This document shows, one piece after another, positions 1 through 6,076 of a DNA stretch of 64,000 nucleotides. Both the position numbers and the translations under genes were made by a program. This stretch comes from a virus (lineage: Duplodnaviria > Heunggongvirae > Uroviricota > Caudoviricetes). The stretch is from positions 42,295 through 106,294 of IMG/VR virus record IMGVR_UViG_3300003310_000099; one strand, written 5' to 3'. A model generated the notes under the pieces. The model was not told the DNA's origin, did no database searches, and was given only the letters and a program-made list of their open reading frames with translations. Within the stretch, counting starts at the first letter, position 1, and every line of letters begins with the position of its first letter.

Positions 1-170
1 AGCAACAGCCATGCGCCGCCTTTACGGGCACAAACCCCGTAGAACAGGGGCATGATAATACGAAGCATCCTTGAGCGATGACGGCTCAGGGATAAAACCT
101 GAGCCAGATTGGGAAGAACACTATAACCTTGGCTCAGGTTAACACCCTGAGCCAAGGTTTTTTGTTTATA

Positions 171-188
171 CCTTAGCTGTACCGAAGG
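171..188 (+). promoter_or_regulatory. conserved motif copy 1 (CCTTAGCTGTACCGAAGG)
   Basis: One of six same-orientation copies of …[AT]ACCTTAGCTGTACC[GT]A[GA]…. Lies upstream of the tRNA array. Confidence 0.4.
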
Positions 189-329
189 AAATACCGACCG
201 ATTGACGTAACTCCCGTAATGTTCTATGACTTTACGGATCGGTGTCATGAAGTTGGACGCGGGTTCTTTGAAAATTTGGTTGGGGATTCATGCCTGGCAT
301 TAAGTTGTTGAGGATGAATCCCCCTGTAC

Positions 330-400
330 GGACGATTAGTTCAATGGTAGAATGTTAGCATGACACGCTAGAGAAAAAGGTTCGATTCCTTTATCGTCCA
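330..400 (+). tRNA. tRNA, anticodon read as GAC (Val)
   Basis: Cloverleaf by eye: acceptor ggacgat/atcgtcc, T-arm aaggTTCGATTcctt, anticodon loop atGACac. Confidence 0.6.
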
Positions 401-409
401 CTCTCGAAT

Positions 410-484
410 CAGGGATTAGCTCAGCTTGGCTAGAGCGCTTGTTTTGGAAACAAGAGGCCGAAGGTTCAAATCCTTTATCCCTGA
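410..484 (+). tRNA. tRNA-Pro (TGG)
   Basis: Acceptor cagggat/atccctg, D-stem gctc/gagc, anticodon arm cttgt-ttTGGaa-acaag, T-loop TTCAAAT. Confidence 0.65.
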
Positions 485-493
485 CTGTTTATG

Positions 494-566
494 TCTCCAT
501 GATCGTAACTGGATAACGATTCTGGCTCTTAACCAGAACATCTCGGTTCAAATCCGAGTGGGGACA
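494..566 (+). tRNA. tRNA-Lys (CTT)
   Basis: Acceptor gtctcca/tggggac (one G-U), anticodon arm tctgg-ctCTTaa-ccaga, T-arm ctcggTTCAAATccgag. Confidence 0.6.
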
Positions 567-568
567 CT

Positions 569-639
569 GTGAGCGAAGCCAAATGGATAGGCGACTGTTT
601 GTGAAGCAGTTAATAGCGGGTTCGATTCCCGTCGCTCAC
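569..639 (+). tRNA. tRNA-His (GTG), G-1 encoded, C73 discriminator
   Basis: Acceptor tgagcga/tcgctca preceded by G and followed by C. Anticodon arm actgt-ttGTGaa-gcagt. T-arm gcgggTTCGATTcccgt. Confidence 0.65.
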
Positions 640-700
640 CTTGGAAATTTTAAAAAGGAGATTTTGAAATGATTTATAAACGCAGGAGTCATACAAATAT

Positions 701-774
701 GGCTCCGAAACCTTTAGCTGGATGAGGTCCAGTCTTTTAAACTGGAAAAGAGGGTTCGATTCCCTACGGAGCTA
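701..774 (+). tRNA. tRNA, anticodon read as TTT (Lys); copy 1 of a duplicated gene
   Basis: Acceptor ggctccg/cggagct, anticodon arm ccagt-ctTTTaa-actgg, T-loop TTCGATT. Near-identical copy at 3107..3180 with compensatory acceptor-stem changes (t-a to c-g). Confidence 0.6.
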
Positions 775-776
775 CT

Positions 777-1208
777 ATGAAAAAATGTAGTAATTGCAAC
801 AAAGATAAAGCTCTATCGGAATTCAATAAAAAAAGGCAAGGATTACAACCTTGGTGCAGAGAATGCAATAGGTTGCGATCAAGGTTATATTATGCTCAAA
901 ACAAAGACAATCATTTGCAGGTGATTCAATCTCGTAAAGATAAGATTTACAAAGAGCATAATAGAAAAATTAAAGAAATAAAGTCTAATGCCTGTTGTGC
1001 ATTATGCCCAGAATCGGAATCGGTTTGTTTAGACTTCCACCATTTGAGAGATAAGGATGTTCCTATAAGCAGAATAGTGCATCGAGGATATTCTTGGGAA
1101 CGTATATTAATGGAAATGAAAAAATGCGTGGTTTTGTGTTCTAATTGCCATAGAAAAGTTCATGCTGGCATCCTAACTGTGAATGAAGAAATGTTATGGA
1201 CTAATTGA
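777..1208 (+). CDS. HNH homing endonuclease with N-terminal CxxC zinc finger
   Basis: 143 aa. CSNC…CREC N-terminal Zn finger, LDFHHL and CSNCH motifs (HNH). ATG starts 3 nt after the tRNA at 701..774. Paralogous to ORFs at 7165, 12323 and 39213. Confidence 0.8.
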   Translation: MKKCSNCNKDKALSEFNKKRQGLQPWCRECNRLRSRLYYAQNKDNHLQVIQSRKDKIYKEHNRKIKEIKSNACCALCPESESVCLDFHHLRDKDVPISRIVHRGYSWERILMEMKKCVVLCSNCHRKVHAGILTVNEEMLWTN

Positions 1209-1276
1209 GGATTCGTCTAATGGTAGGACGGAAGGCTTTGAACCTTCCTGTGGGCGTTCGAATCGCTCATCCTCAG
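1207..1276 (+). tRNA. tRNA-Gln (TTG)
   Basis: Acceptor tgaggat/atcctca, anticodon arm gaagg-ctTTGaa-ccttc, T-loop TTCGAAT. Confidence 0.65.
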
Positions 1277-1314
1277 CTTGTTTTAAAATTGAGAAAAGAG
1301 TATTATAGAAAAAT

Positions 1315-1389
1315 CGGGCTATGGGCTAATTGGTAAGCCGCCTGCGTCGGAAGCAGGACAACATTTCAGTTCGAATCTGAATAGCCCGA
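1315..1389 (+). tRNA. tRNA, anticodon read as CGG (Pro)
   Basis: Acceptor cgggcta/tagcccg perfect, anticodon arm cctgc-gtCGGaa-gcagg, T-arm ttcagTTCGAATctgaa. Tandem paralog of 1424..1498. Confidence 0.55.
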
Positions 1390-1395
1390 CTGGAT

Positions 1396-1413
1396 ACCTT
1401 AGCTGTACCTAGT
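1396..1413 (+). promoter_or_regulatory. conserved motif copy 2 (ACCTTAGCTGTACCTAGT)
   Basis: Lies between the tRNAs at 1315..1389 and 1424..1498. Confidence 0.4.
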
Positions 1414-1423
1414 AAGTTGTTAT

Positions 1424-1498
1424 CTGGCTGTGGGCTAATTGGTAAGCCTCCTGCGTTGGAAGCAGGACACCATCTCAGTTCGAATCTGAGTAGCCAGA
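1424..1498 (+). tRNA. tRNA, anticodon read as TGG (Pro)
   Basis: Acceptor ctggctg/tagccag, anticodon arm cctgc-gtTGGaa-gcagg, T-arm ctcagTTCGAATctgag. Differs from 1315..1389 mainly at anticodon position 34. Confidence 0.55.
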
Positions 1499-1506
1499 CT
1501 GTAGAT

Positions 1507-1578
1507 GGCTCATTCCGCTAATGGTCAGGCGAGCGGACTTTCAATCCGCCAACAAGGGTTCGATTCCCTTATGAGCTA
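1507..1578 (+). tRNA. tRNA-Glu (TTC)
   Basis: Acceptor ggctcat/atgagct, anticodon arm gcgga-ctTTCaa-tccgc, T-arm agggTTCGATTccct. Confidence 0.6.
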
Positions 1579-1581
1579 CTA

Positions 1582-1654
1582 GTGAGTGTCGTAGTGTATC
1601 GGACAGCACGCCACCGTCCTGGTGGAAGGGCCGTTCAATTCGGTAGCACTCACT
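1582..1654 (+). ncRNA. tRNA-sized structured element (tRNA-like, fold unresolved)
   Basis: Occupies a tRNA slot in the array. Perfect 7-bp terminal pairing gtgagtg/cactcac, T-loop-like GTTCAATTC, but the internal hairpin ccacc-gtcct-ggtgg has only a 5-nt loop. Shares the 13-mer GGACAGCACGCCA with the element at 2325..2392. Confidence 0.3.
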
Positions 1655-1661
1655 GCCTATC

Positions 1662-1730
1662 GGGGGTAGTCTATGGGTAGCCGTTGGCACTTGCAATGCC
1701 GACTATGGGGATCGTAACCCCATACCTCCA
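1662..1730 (+). tRNA. tRNA-Ala (TGC) with non-canonical T-loop ATCGTAA
   Basis: Acceptor gggggta/tacctcc, 7-bp anticodon stem gttggca/tgccgac with loop ctTGCaa, T-arm tgggg-ATCGTAA-cccca. Near-paralog of 35345..35417. Confidence 0.5.
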
Positions 1731-1737
1731 CTGTTAA

Positions 1738-1810
1738 GGGCCGTAATGTTCTCTGGGGAGCGAGGATGCCTTGCAAGCAACCTGGATGAGTTCGATTCTC
1801 ATACGGTCCA
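1738..1810 (+). ncRNA. degenerate tRNA-like element (anticodon loop ctTGCaa)
   Basis: Acceptor gggccgt/acggtcc and T-arm atgagTTCGATTctcat are good, but the D-arm is poor, the variable region is 3 nt and the anticodon stem has a mismatch. Confidence 0.35.
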
Positions 1811-1816
1811 CTGAAA

Positions 1817-1838
1817 GCTTAGCTGTACTGAGTGTAAT
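1817..1838 (+). promoter_or_regulatory. conserved motif copy 3 (AGCTTAGCTGTACTGAGTG)
   Basis: Lies between the tRNA-like element ending 1810 and tRNA-Val at 1841. Confidence 0.35.
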
Positions 1839-1840
1839 AT

Positions 1841-1912
1841 CGGCCATTGTGTGAAATGGTATCACGCTTCTTTTACACGGAAGAGTCGGGGGTTCGATTC
1901 CCTCATGGCCGA
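1841..1912 (+). tRNA. tRNA-Val (TAC)
   Basis: Acceptor cggccat/atggccg perfect, anticodon arm cttct-ttTACac-ggaag, T-arm gggggTTCGATTccctc. Confidence 0.65.
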
Positions 1913-1921
1913 CTGATTGAT

Positions 1922-1994
1922 GGTGTCTGTAGTGTAGTGGTCTGCACGCCTGTTTGTGAAGCAGAAAGTGCGGGTTCGATTCCCGTCAGACACC
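1922..1994 (+). tRNA. tRNA-His (GTG), second copy, G-1/C73
   Basis: G + gtgtctg … cagacac + C, anticodon loop ttGTGaa, T-arm gcgggTTCGATTcccgt. Confidence 0.55.
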
Positions 1995-1999
1995 CTTAT

Positions 2000-2070
2000 G
2001 CCGCATTCAACTTCTAGGAGGTTATCTGGTTTTCACCCAGAGTAGACGGGAGCGTAACCCGTATGCGGTA
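2000..2070 (+). tRNA. tRNA, anticodon read as TTC (Glu), non-canonical T-loop AGCGTAA
   Basis: Acceptor gccgcat/atgcggt, anticodon arm tctgg-ttTTCac-ccaga, T-arm acggg-AGCGTAA-cccgt. Confidence 0.45.
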
Positions 2071-2075
2071 CTGAA

Positions 2076-2148
2076 CGGCCTATGTTGTAGTGGTTCTGCA
2101 AAACTGTCTGATAAGCAGTGAGTCCAGGTTCGATTCCTGGTGGGCCGA
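2076..2148 (+). tRNA. tRNA-Ile (GAT)
   Basis: Acceptor cggccta/tgggccg, anticodon arm actgt-ctGATaa-gcagt, T-arm ccaggTTCGATTcctgg. Confidence 0.65.
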
Positions 2149-2220
2149 CTGTTCTCTACCAATGGTAGATAACCACTAAAGGTTTTCCCGTTGAACCCGC
2201 CTGGCAAATCAACGGTACTT

Positions 2221-2291
2221 GCCGCCATAGTCTAATGGTAGAACGTATCCTTGGTACGGATAAAATCTGAGTTCGATTCTCAGTGGCGGCT
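2221..2291 (+). tRNA. tRNA-Thr (GGT)
   Basis: Acceptor gccgcca/tggcggc perfect, anticodon arm tatcc-ttGGTac-ggata, T-arm ctgagTTCGATTctcag. Confidence 0.7.
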
Positions 2292-2324
2292 CTGGGACTA
2301 ACATTCAAGGAAGGATGTAAAGAG

Positions 2325-2392
2325 CATGTGGCATGGTAAGGGACAGCACGCCATGTCTTACAGAGTTTGCGGCTGGCATGTTCGTCCAATTC
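2325..2392 (+). ncRNA. tRNA-sized structured element (tRNA-like, fold unresolved)
   Basis: Lies directly 5' of tRNA-Gly at 2393. Contains GGACAGCACGCCA (shared with 1582..1654) and a T-loop-like GTTCGTCCAATTCG. No clean cloverleaf found by eye. Confidence 0.25.
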
Positions 2393-2467
2393 GCGGCATA
2401 CGCATTGTGGCTGTTGCGCCTGTCTTCCAAACAGGATTTTAGAGGGGTTCGATTCCCCTATGCCGCA
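2393..2467 (+). tRNA. tRNA-Gly (TCC)
   Basis: Acceptor gcggcat/atgccgc perfect, anticodon arm cctgt-ctTCCaa-acagg, T-arm agggGTTCGATTCccct. Confidence 0.7.
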
Positions 2468-2478
2468 CTGAAATTTAT

Positions 2479-2565
2479 TCCTGGGGAGTGATTATTGGTA
2501 ATCACGCACGGCTGTTAACCGTGTAATACCGCAAGGTTATGCTGGTTCGATTCCAGCCCCAGGAG
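2479..2565 (+). tRNA. type II tRNA (17-nt variable arm) with anticodon read as GTT
   Basis: 87 nt. Acceptor tcctggg/cccagga perfect. Anticodon arm cacgg-ctGTTaa-ccgtg. Variable arm taataccGCAAggttat (GCAA-capped). T-arm gctggTTCGATTccagc. Confidence 0.55.
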
Positions 2566-2570
2566 CTTTA

Positions 2571-2864
2571 TTGGAGTTTATTATGTACGGAACAGTTGTA
2601 TCTTATATTCACCACGATAAACGTGGTGGAGCAATGGTCGAAATCATTACACAAACCGATTTTGCTGCAAATTCACAAGAAGTAAATGACTTTGGCAAGT
2701 GGGTTGCAATGATTGCTTATGGCTTTAATCTACCAAGTTGGGATTATTTTCTTGAAAAAGAAGCCAAGATGAATATATCGAGTGCTGGTAAACTCGGCAA
2801 GTTAATCGAAGAAGTGAAAGAAAATGTTAAGGTTGGTCGTATTACAATCTTGAAGGTAGAGTAA
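2571..2864 (+). CDS. hypothetical protein (97 aa)
   Basis: ORF starts 6 nt after the tRNA array. No recognisable motif. Confidence 0.45.
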   Translation: MEFIMYGTVVSYIHHDKRGGAMVEIITQTDFAANSQEVNDFGKWVAMIAYGFNLPSWDYFLEKEAKMNISSAGKLGKLIEEVKENVKVGRITILKVE

Positions 2865-3073
2865 TGTTTGCAATACAATTAACTAAGAATGTAGGGACCG
2901 AAGTTATCAGTTGGTGGTGCGAAGATGGTTTGCACAAAACTGGTTATGGGGCAGAAAGGTTTCGTAGACTTTATGCCGAAGAAGGGGAAGCTCAAAGACA
3001 CCTTGATTATTGTCGTGATTGGGCTTATCGTCATCATAGAAACACTTTAAAAGTTAGTGTAAAGGAGATTTAA
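2864..3073 (+). CDS. hypothetical protein (69 aa)
   Basis: Overlaps the stop of the upstream ORF by 1 nt (ATGA), consistent with translational coupling. Confidence 0.45.
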   Translation: MFAIQLTKNVGTEVISWWCEDGLHKTGYGAERFRRLYAEEGEAQRHLDYCRDWAYRHHRNTLKVSVKEI

Positions 3074-3106
3074 AATGTTTTATAAACGTAGGGGTCATTC
3101 AAATAT

Positions 3107-3180
3107 GGCCCCGAAACCTTTAGCTGGATGAGGTCCAGTCTTTTAAACTGGAAAAGAGGGTTCGATTCCCTACGGGGCTA
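3107..3180 (+). tRNA. tRNA, anticodon read as TTT (Lys); copy 2
   Basis: Acceptor ggccccg/cggggct, otherwise identical to 701..774. About 25 nt of upstream flank (ttataaacg[c/t]agg[a/g]gtcat) is also conserved. Confidence 0.6.
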
Positions 3181-3273
3181 CTTAATGGAAGCCTTACTTT
3201 TTGAATACGGTACGATTGCTGCATTAGCATTACTACTCGTATTATTGATTTGTAGTTTGTTTAGGAAGTAATT

Positions 3274-3346
3274 GCGGTGGGTCCAGTGCTGGTACTGGAG
3301 CCTGTCTTTGAAGCAGGAAGTCGCTGGTTCGATTCCAGCCGCCGCA
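3274..3346 (+). tRNA. tRNA-Gln (TTG), second copy
   Basis: Acceptor gcggtgg/ccgccgc (one G-U), D-stem ccag/ctgg, anticodon arm cctgt-ctTTGaa-gcagg, T-arm gctggTTCGATTccagc. Confidence 0.6.
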
Positions 3347-3348
3347 GC

Positions 3349-3669
3349 TTAGAAACGTTTCCAACCTGGATGATCCTGTCCCCAAGGAATAACCTTGCCA
3401 GGGTCGCGTTCAGAGGGTACTTGTTGTTGATATTGTTTCCATTTATCGCGGGCACCTGTTTCGCTCATATATTGTTTCAAGGCACGAATTAATGGAATTT
3501 GTAGAGCTTGTCTTAGTTGATCTACTTCAGCCTTAGCCTGTGGGGTCAACATATCATAATAGCTCTTTAATTTAGGAGGTAAATCTCTATAATCAGAGTT
3601 AAATACTCCTTTAATAAATTGACCTACGCCTTCGTCTTTACGGGTGCAGTATTCTTTGAATGTTTCCAT
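3349..3669 (-). CDS. hypothetical protein (106 aa)
   Basis: Minus-strand ORF. The overlapping plus-strand ORFs run through the tRNA and are rejected. Confidence 0.4.
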   Translation of the reverse strand: METFKEYCTRKDEGVGQFIKGVFNSDYRDLPPKLKSYYDMLTPQAKAEVDQLRQALQIPLIRALKQYMSETGARDKWKQYQQQVPSERDPGKVIPWGQDHPGWKRF

Positions 3670-3702
3670 GTTTTATTTAGGCAACTGTGATGGATTTCTA
3701 AA

Positions 3703-3774
3703 GCCGCTCTAACATAGTGGACTATGTGCCTGTGTGAAGAACAGGAAATCTGGGTTCAATTCCCAGGGGCGGCA
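3703..3774 (+). tRNA. tRNA-Phe (GAA)
   Basis: Acceptor gccgctc/gggcggc, D-stem acat/atgt, anticodon arm cctgt-gtGAAga-acagg, T-arm ctgggTTCAATTcccag. Confidence 0.6.
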
Positions 3775-3786
3775 CTATATACATTC

Positions 3787-4164
3787 ATGAGTGCAGCAAG
3801 AAGAAAATTTGCGTTTGGTTATCCTGATGGATATGGTGCGGCATTATATCCACCTGCTTATGATGCAACAGTATCTGCAACAGCTTTTTTGCAGTATCAA
3901 TTTCGTGCAGAGCAACAGGATAAAGCGCCACCAGATACAGCATTAGTAGACAAAAGTGGGGATTTAGCACAAAAAGAATACAAGGCTAAATATCCACCAG
4001 CTGATTTACCGCCCCATTCTGGTCTTTCTTCTTACAAAGGATTTGGCTATAAAGATGGCATAGGTTATATATTTTTCCAATCAGAGCCTACTGGTCCAGG
4101 TGTATACTCTTTTAAAGAGTGGTTGAGAAAAAATAATATAAACCCTGACAAATTTCCGAAATAA
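3787..4164 (+). CDS. hypothetical Tyr/Pro/Gly-rich protein (125 aa)
   Basis: The ORF-track start at 3724 lies inside the tRNA; the internal ATG at 3787 is used. Low-complexity YPPAY/GYG repeats. Confidence 0.45.
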   Translation: MSAARRKFAFGYPDGYGAALYPPAYDATVSATAFLQYQFRAEQQDKAPPDTALVDKSGDLAQKEYKAKYPPADLPPHSGLSSYKGFGYKDGIGYIFFQSEPTGPGVYSFKEWLRKNNINPDKFPK

Positions 4165-4175
4165 GGAGTTAAAAA

Positions 4176-4323
4176 TGAGTTGGGGTTCAAAAATCTTGGC
4201 GGCTGGCATTATACACAAAGTCAGCAAAGATAAGAAACCTGCTGGCGGTTGGATTGAACTAGGTTTCACGGTTTTTTGCATTTTGGCTGTTTTGGCTTTT
4301 GGAATTTGGGCTATCCTCCGATA
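4176..4323 (+). CDS. small hydrophobic membrane peptide (49 aa)
   Basis: MSWGSKILAAGIIHKVSKDKKPAGGWIELGFTVFCILAVLAFGIWAILR: a single predicted TM helix. Below the ORF-track length cut-off. Its stop overlaps a copy of the TTAGCTGTACC motif. Confidence 0.35.
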
Positions 4324-4343
4324 GCTTAGCTGTACCGAGTAGT
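4320..4343 (+). promoter_or_regulatory. conserved motif copy 4 (GATAGCTTAGCTGTACCGAGTAG)
   Basis: Overlaps the stop of small ORF 4176..4323. Confidence 0.4.
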
Positions 4344-4378
4344 CTGTGGGAAAACTTTGAGTTGTTCATAAATACTAC

Positions 4379-5017
4379 ATGATGGATTTCAAGGACTACT
4401 GTATGGCAAACACTGTCAATCTGAGTGATATTTCTTTGTTTGAATCACAGTTTTTATTCAAAGAAATGGCGGTTTTGAACCCAAACGCGATTGCGAAGAC
4501 TCAGAACGCTTTTCAGTTTATTTACGATAATAACATTCGTGGTGTTATCATTGGGGGTATGGCCGTCAGTCATTATACTCAGGACAGAAAGTTGACGCCT
4601 GATGTTGATTTTCTTACAGCGGATATCAATGCTGTGAAAGCAGCATTGCAAAAGAATCAGATGGCTTCGCGGCCTTTGGCTTCGACTGGAGATTTCGGTG
4701 GTCTTTATGTTCCTCAGTTAGATGCCGATTTTTTGGATGCTAATGAAGGTTCAGATGTAGCATTAAACCACTATATCTTGAAGACTGCGAAGACTGCAAC
4801 TATCGGGGGAGTAACTTTCCCGATTATTGATCCAGCAGTTTTGATGATTATGAAGTTCGTCATTGGCAGGGATAAAGATCAGGCTGACGCTTTCAAGTTG
4901 CTGCCAACTTTGAATAAGGCGGAATTAAAAACGCATTTGAAGGCTTTGAAGGGGGTTTTGCCAAAGGGAATGGCTAAAACCATTTGGGATGATGCTCAAT
5001 GGGCTGTTAAAGTTTAA
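4379..5017 (+). CDS. nucleotidyltransferase-fold protein (AbiEii/DUF1814-like GG…D.DF motif)
   Basis: 212 aa. GVIIGGMAVSHYTQDRKLTPDVDFL resembles the Pol-beta-type NTase signature (GG.A…R.T.D.D). Confidence 0.45.
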   Translation: MMDFKDYCMANTVNLSDISLFESQFLFKEMAVLNPNAIAKTQNAFQFIYDNNIRGVIIGGMAVSHYTQDRKLTPDVDFLTADINAVKAALQKNQMASRPLASTGDFGGLYVPQLDADFLDANEGSDVALNHYILKTAKTATIGGVTFPIIDPAVLMIMKFVIGRDKDQADAFKLLPTLNKAELKTHLKALKGVLPKGMAKTIWDDAQWAVKV

Positions 5018-5025
5018 GGGGAATT

Positions 5026-5214
5026 ATGTATAATTTTGAATATTATGAAGATAGAATGCGAGAATGGCGTTGGCGTGTGAAGCACCAAAATGGTAATATC
5101 ATTGCTGTCAGTAGTGAAGGCTACGAAAACAAGCAGGATATGTTGGATGTTCTGGATAACTTGGTCAATTTCATCAAATGCGATAGCGTTCAATGGAACG
5201 AAGTAGTAGCATGA
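5026..5214 (+). CDS. DUF1508/YegP-like small protein
   Basis: 62 aa. WRWRVKHQNGNIIAVSSEGYENKQDMLDVL matches the YegP repeat signature. Confidence 0.5.
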   Translation: MYNFEYYEDRMREWRWRVKHQNGNIIAVSSEGYENKQDMLDVLDNLVNFIKCDSVQWNEVVA

Positions 5215-5423
5215 AGTATTATTGTGACAAATCCAGACATTTGATTTGTTTACCTTATTCAATCGAGAATTTACACTTGATGGCACTTGATTTGAATATA
5301 AAACGGCACTGGTTTCATAAGACACATTATGATATTCCTAAACAGAGGATTGAAGAAATCACCGCTAAGTGTACGGTGATTTCTTCAAAAGAAATAGTTA
5401 GGATGATACGCCAAGGAAGCTAA
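5193..5423 (+). CDS. hypothetical protein (76 aa)
   Basis: ORF. Its last 14 nt overlap the tRNA starting at 5410. Confidence 0.35.
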   Translation: MERSSSMKYYCDKSRHLICLPYSIENLHLMALDLNIKRHWFHKTHYDIPKQRIEEITAKCTVISSKEIVRMIRQGS

Positions 5424-5482
5424 TCTGGTGAAAGCGCAAGTCTGAAGAACTTGATAGGTCGGATCGAAACCGACCCTTGGCA
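5410..5482 (+). tRNA. tRNA-Phe (GAA), second copy, T-loop ATCGAAA
   Basis: Acceptor gccaagg/ccttggc perfect, anticodon arm caagt-ctGAAga-acttg, T-arm gtcgg-ATCGAAA-ccgac. Confidence 0.5.
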
Positions 5483-5573
5483 CTTTCCTGTGGTTTAAAT
5501 ACTGAAATTAGGCGGCTCTAACGAGCGCTGAGAACGCCAACAGTAATTTCATGACTCAGCACACAGGAAATAT

Positions 5574-5645
5574 GGGGGAGTGTAGCGGTTTTCTACACAT
5601 TTGTTTCATAAGCAAGTGGTAACGGTTCAACTCCGTTCTTCCCTA
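5574..5645 (+). tRNA. tRNA with CAT anticodon (Met, fMet or Ile-lysidine type)
   Basis: Acceptor gggggag/cttccct (two G-U), anticodon arm tttgt-ttCATaa-gcaag, T-arm aacggTTCAACTccgtt. D-arm spacing slightly irregular. Confidence 0.5.
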
Positions 5646-5762
5646 CTATGGTGAGCCTTACCCCAACTGAGAGAGAAATTTCTAGGGACGGTCAATCCCG
5701 ATGATGAAATAGTATTTCAACTAGGTGACTCAAGGCTGAGAGGGTGACTCCTCTCAATTTAC

Positions 5763-5834
5763 TCCCCTGTCTTTCAAATGGTAGGAAAACTGGCTGTTAA
5801 CCAGTGAATCTAGGTTCGAGTCCTAGTGGGGGAG
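5763..5834 (+). tRNA. tRNA-Asn (GTT)
   Basis: Acceptor tcccctg/tggggga, D-stem tttc/gaaa, anticodon arm actgg-ctGTTaa-ccagt, T-arm ctaggTTCGAGTcctag. Confidence 0.6.
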
Positions 5835-5836
5835 CT

Positions 5837-6019
5837 ATGAAACCAATATATTCAAAAGCTGGTGATTCAGTATCTTATTTTTATAAGGATGAACGTTGTC
5901 TCGCTGTTCAGGTCGATCCTTATTTGACGATTTACTATTCACTGAAAGACAATGAAATTGTTGGTGTGAAGATCAATGGTGTTGGATGTTTTGAAGAAGA
6001 TGATGCCGCTATGGTATAA
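5837..6019 (+). CDS. hypothetical protein (60 aa)
   Basis: Internal ATG 3 nt after the tRNA is used instead of the track start at 5804. The 3' end overlaps the next tRNA. Confidence 0.35.
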   Translation: MKPIYSKAGDSVSYFYKDERCLAVQVDPYLTIYYSLKDNEIVGVKINGVGCFEEDDAAMV

Positions 6020-6075
6020 TGGTATTACGTCGCTCTTGTAAGGCGAAAATCTGAGTTCGATTCTCAGTGGCGGCT
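6005..6075 (+). tRNA. tRNA-Thr (TGT)
   Basis: Acceptor gccgcta/tggcggc, anticodon arm tcgct-ctTGTaa-ggcga, T-arm ctgagTTCGATTctcag. Confidence 0.6.
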
Positions 6076-6076
6076 C

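Noticed and set aside
2149-2220. Possible additional tRNA between Ile (ends 2148) and Thr (starts 2221)
   Set aside because: It has a D-loop-like CCAATGGTAGA and a weak T-arm-like CCCGTTGAACCCG, but no acceptor-stem complementarity on either strand. It is probably spacer or a decayed tRNA.
2022-2389. Track ORFs 2022..2228 (−) and 2156..2389 (−) inside the tRNA array
   Set aside because: They run entirely through back-to-back tRNA genes on the opposite strand. tRNA sequences are stop-poor and generate spurious ORFs.
3261-3492. Track ORFs 3261..3455 (−) and 3277..3492 (+) overlapping tRNA-Gln at 3274..3346
   Set aside because: Both read through the tRNA. The minus-strand ORF 3349..3669, which begins after the tRNA, is retained instead.
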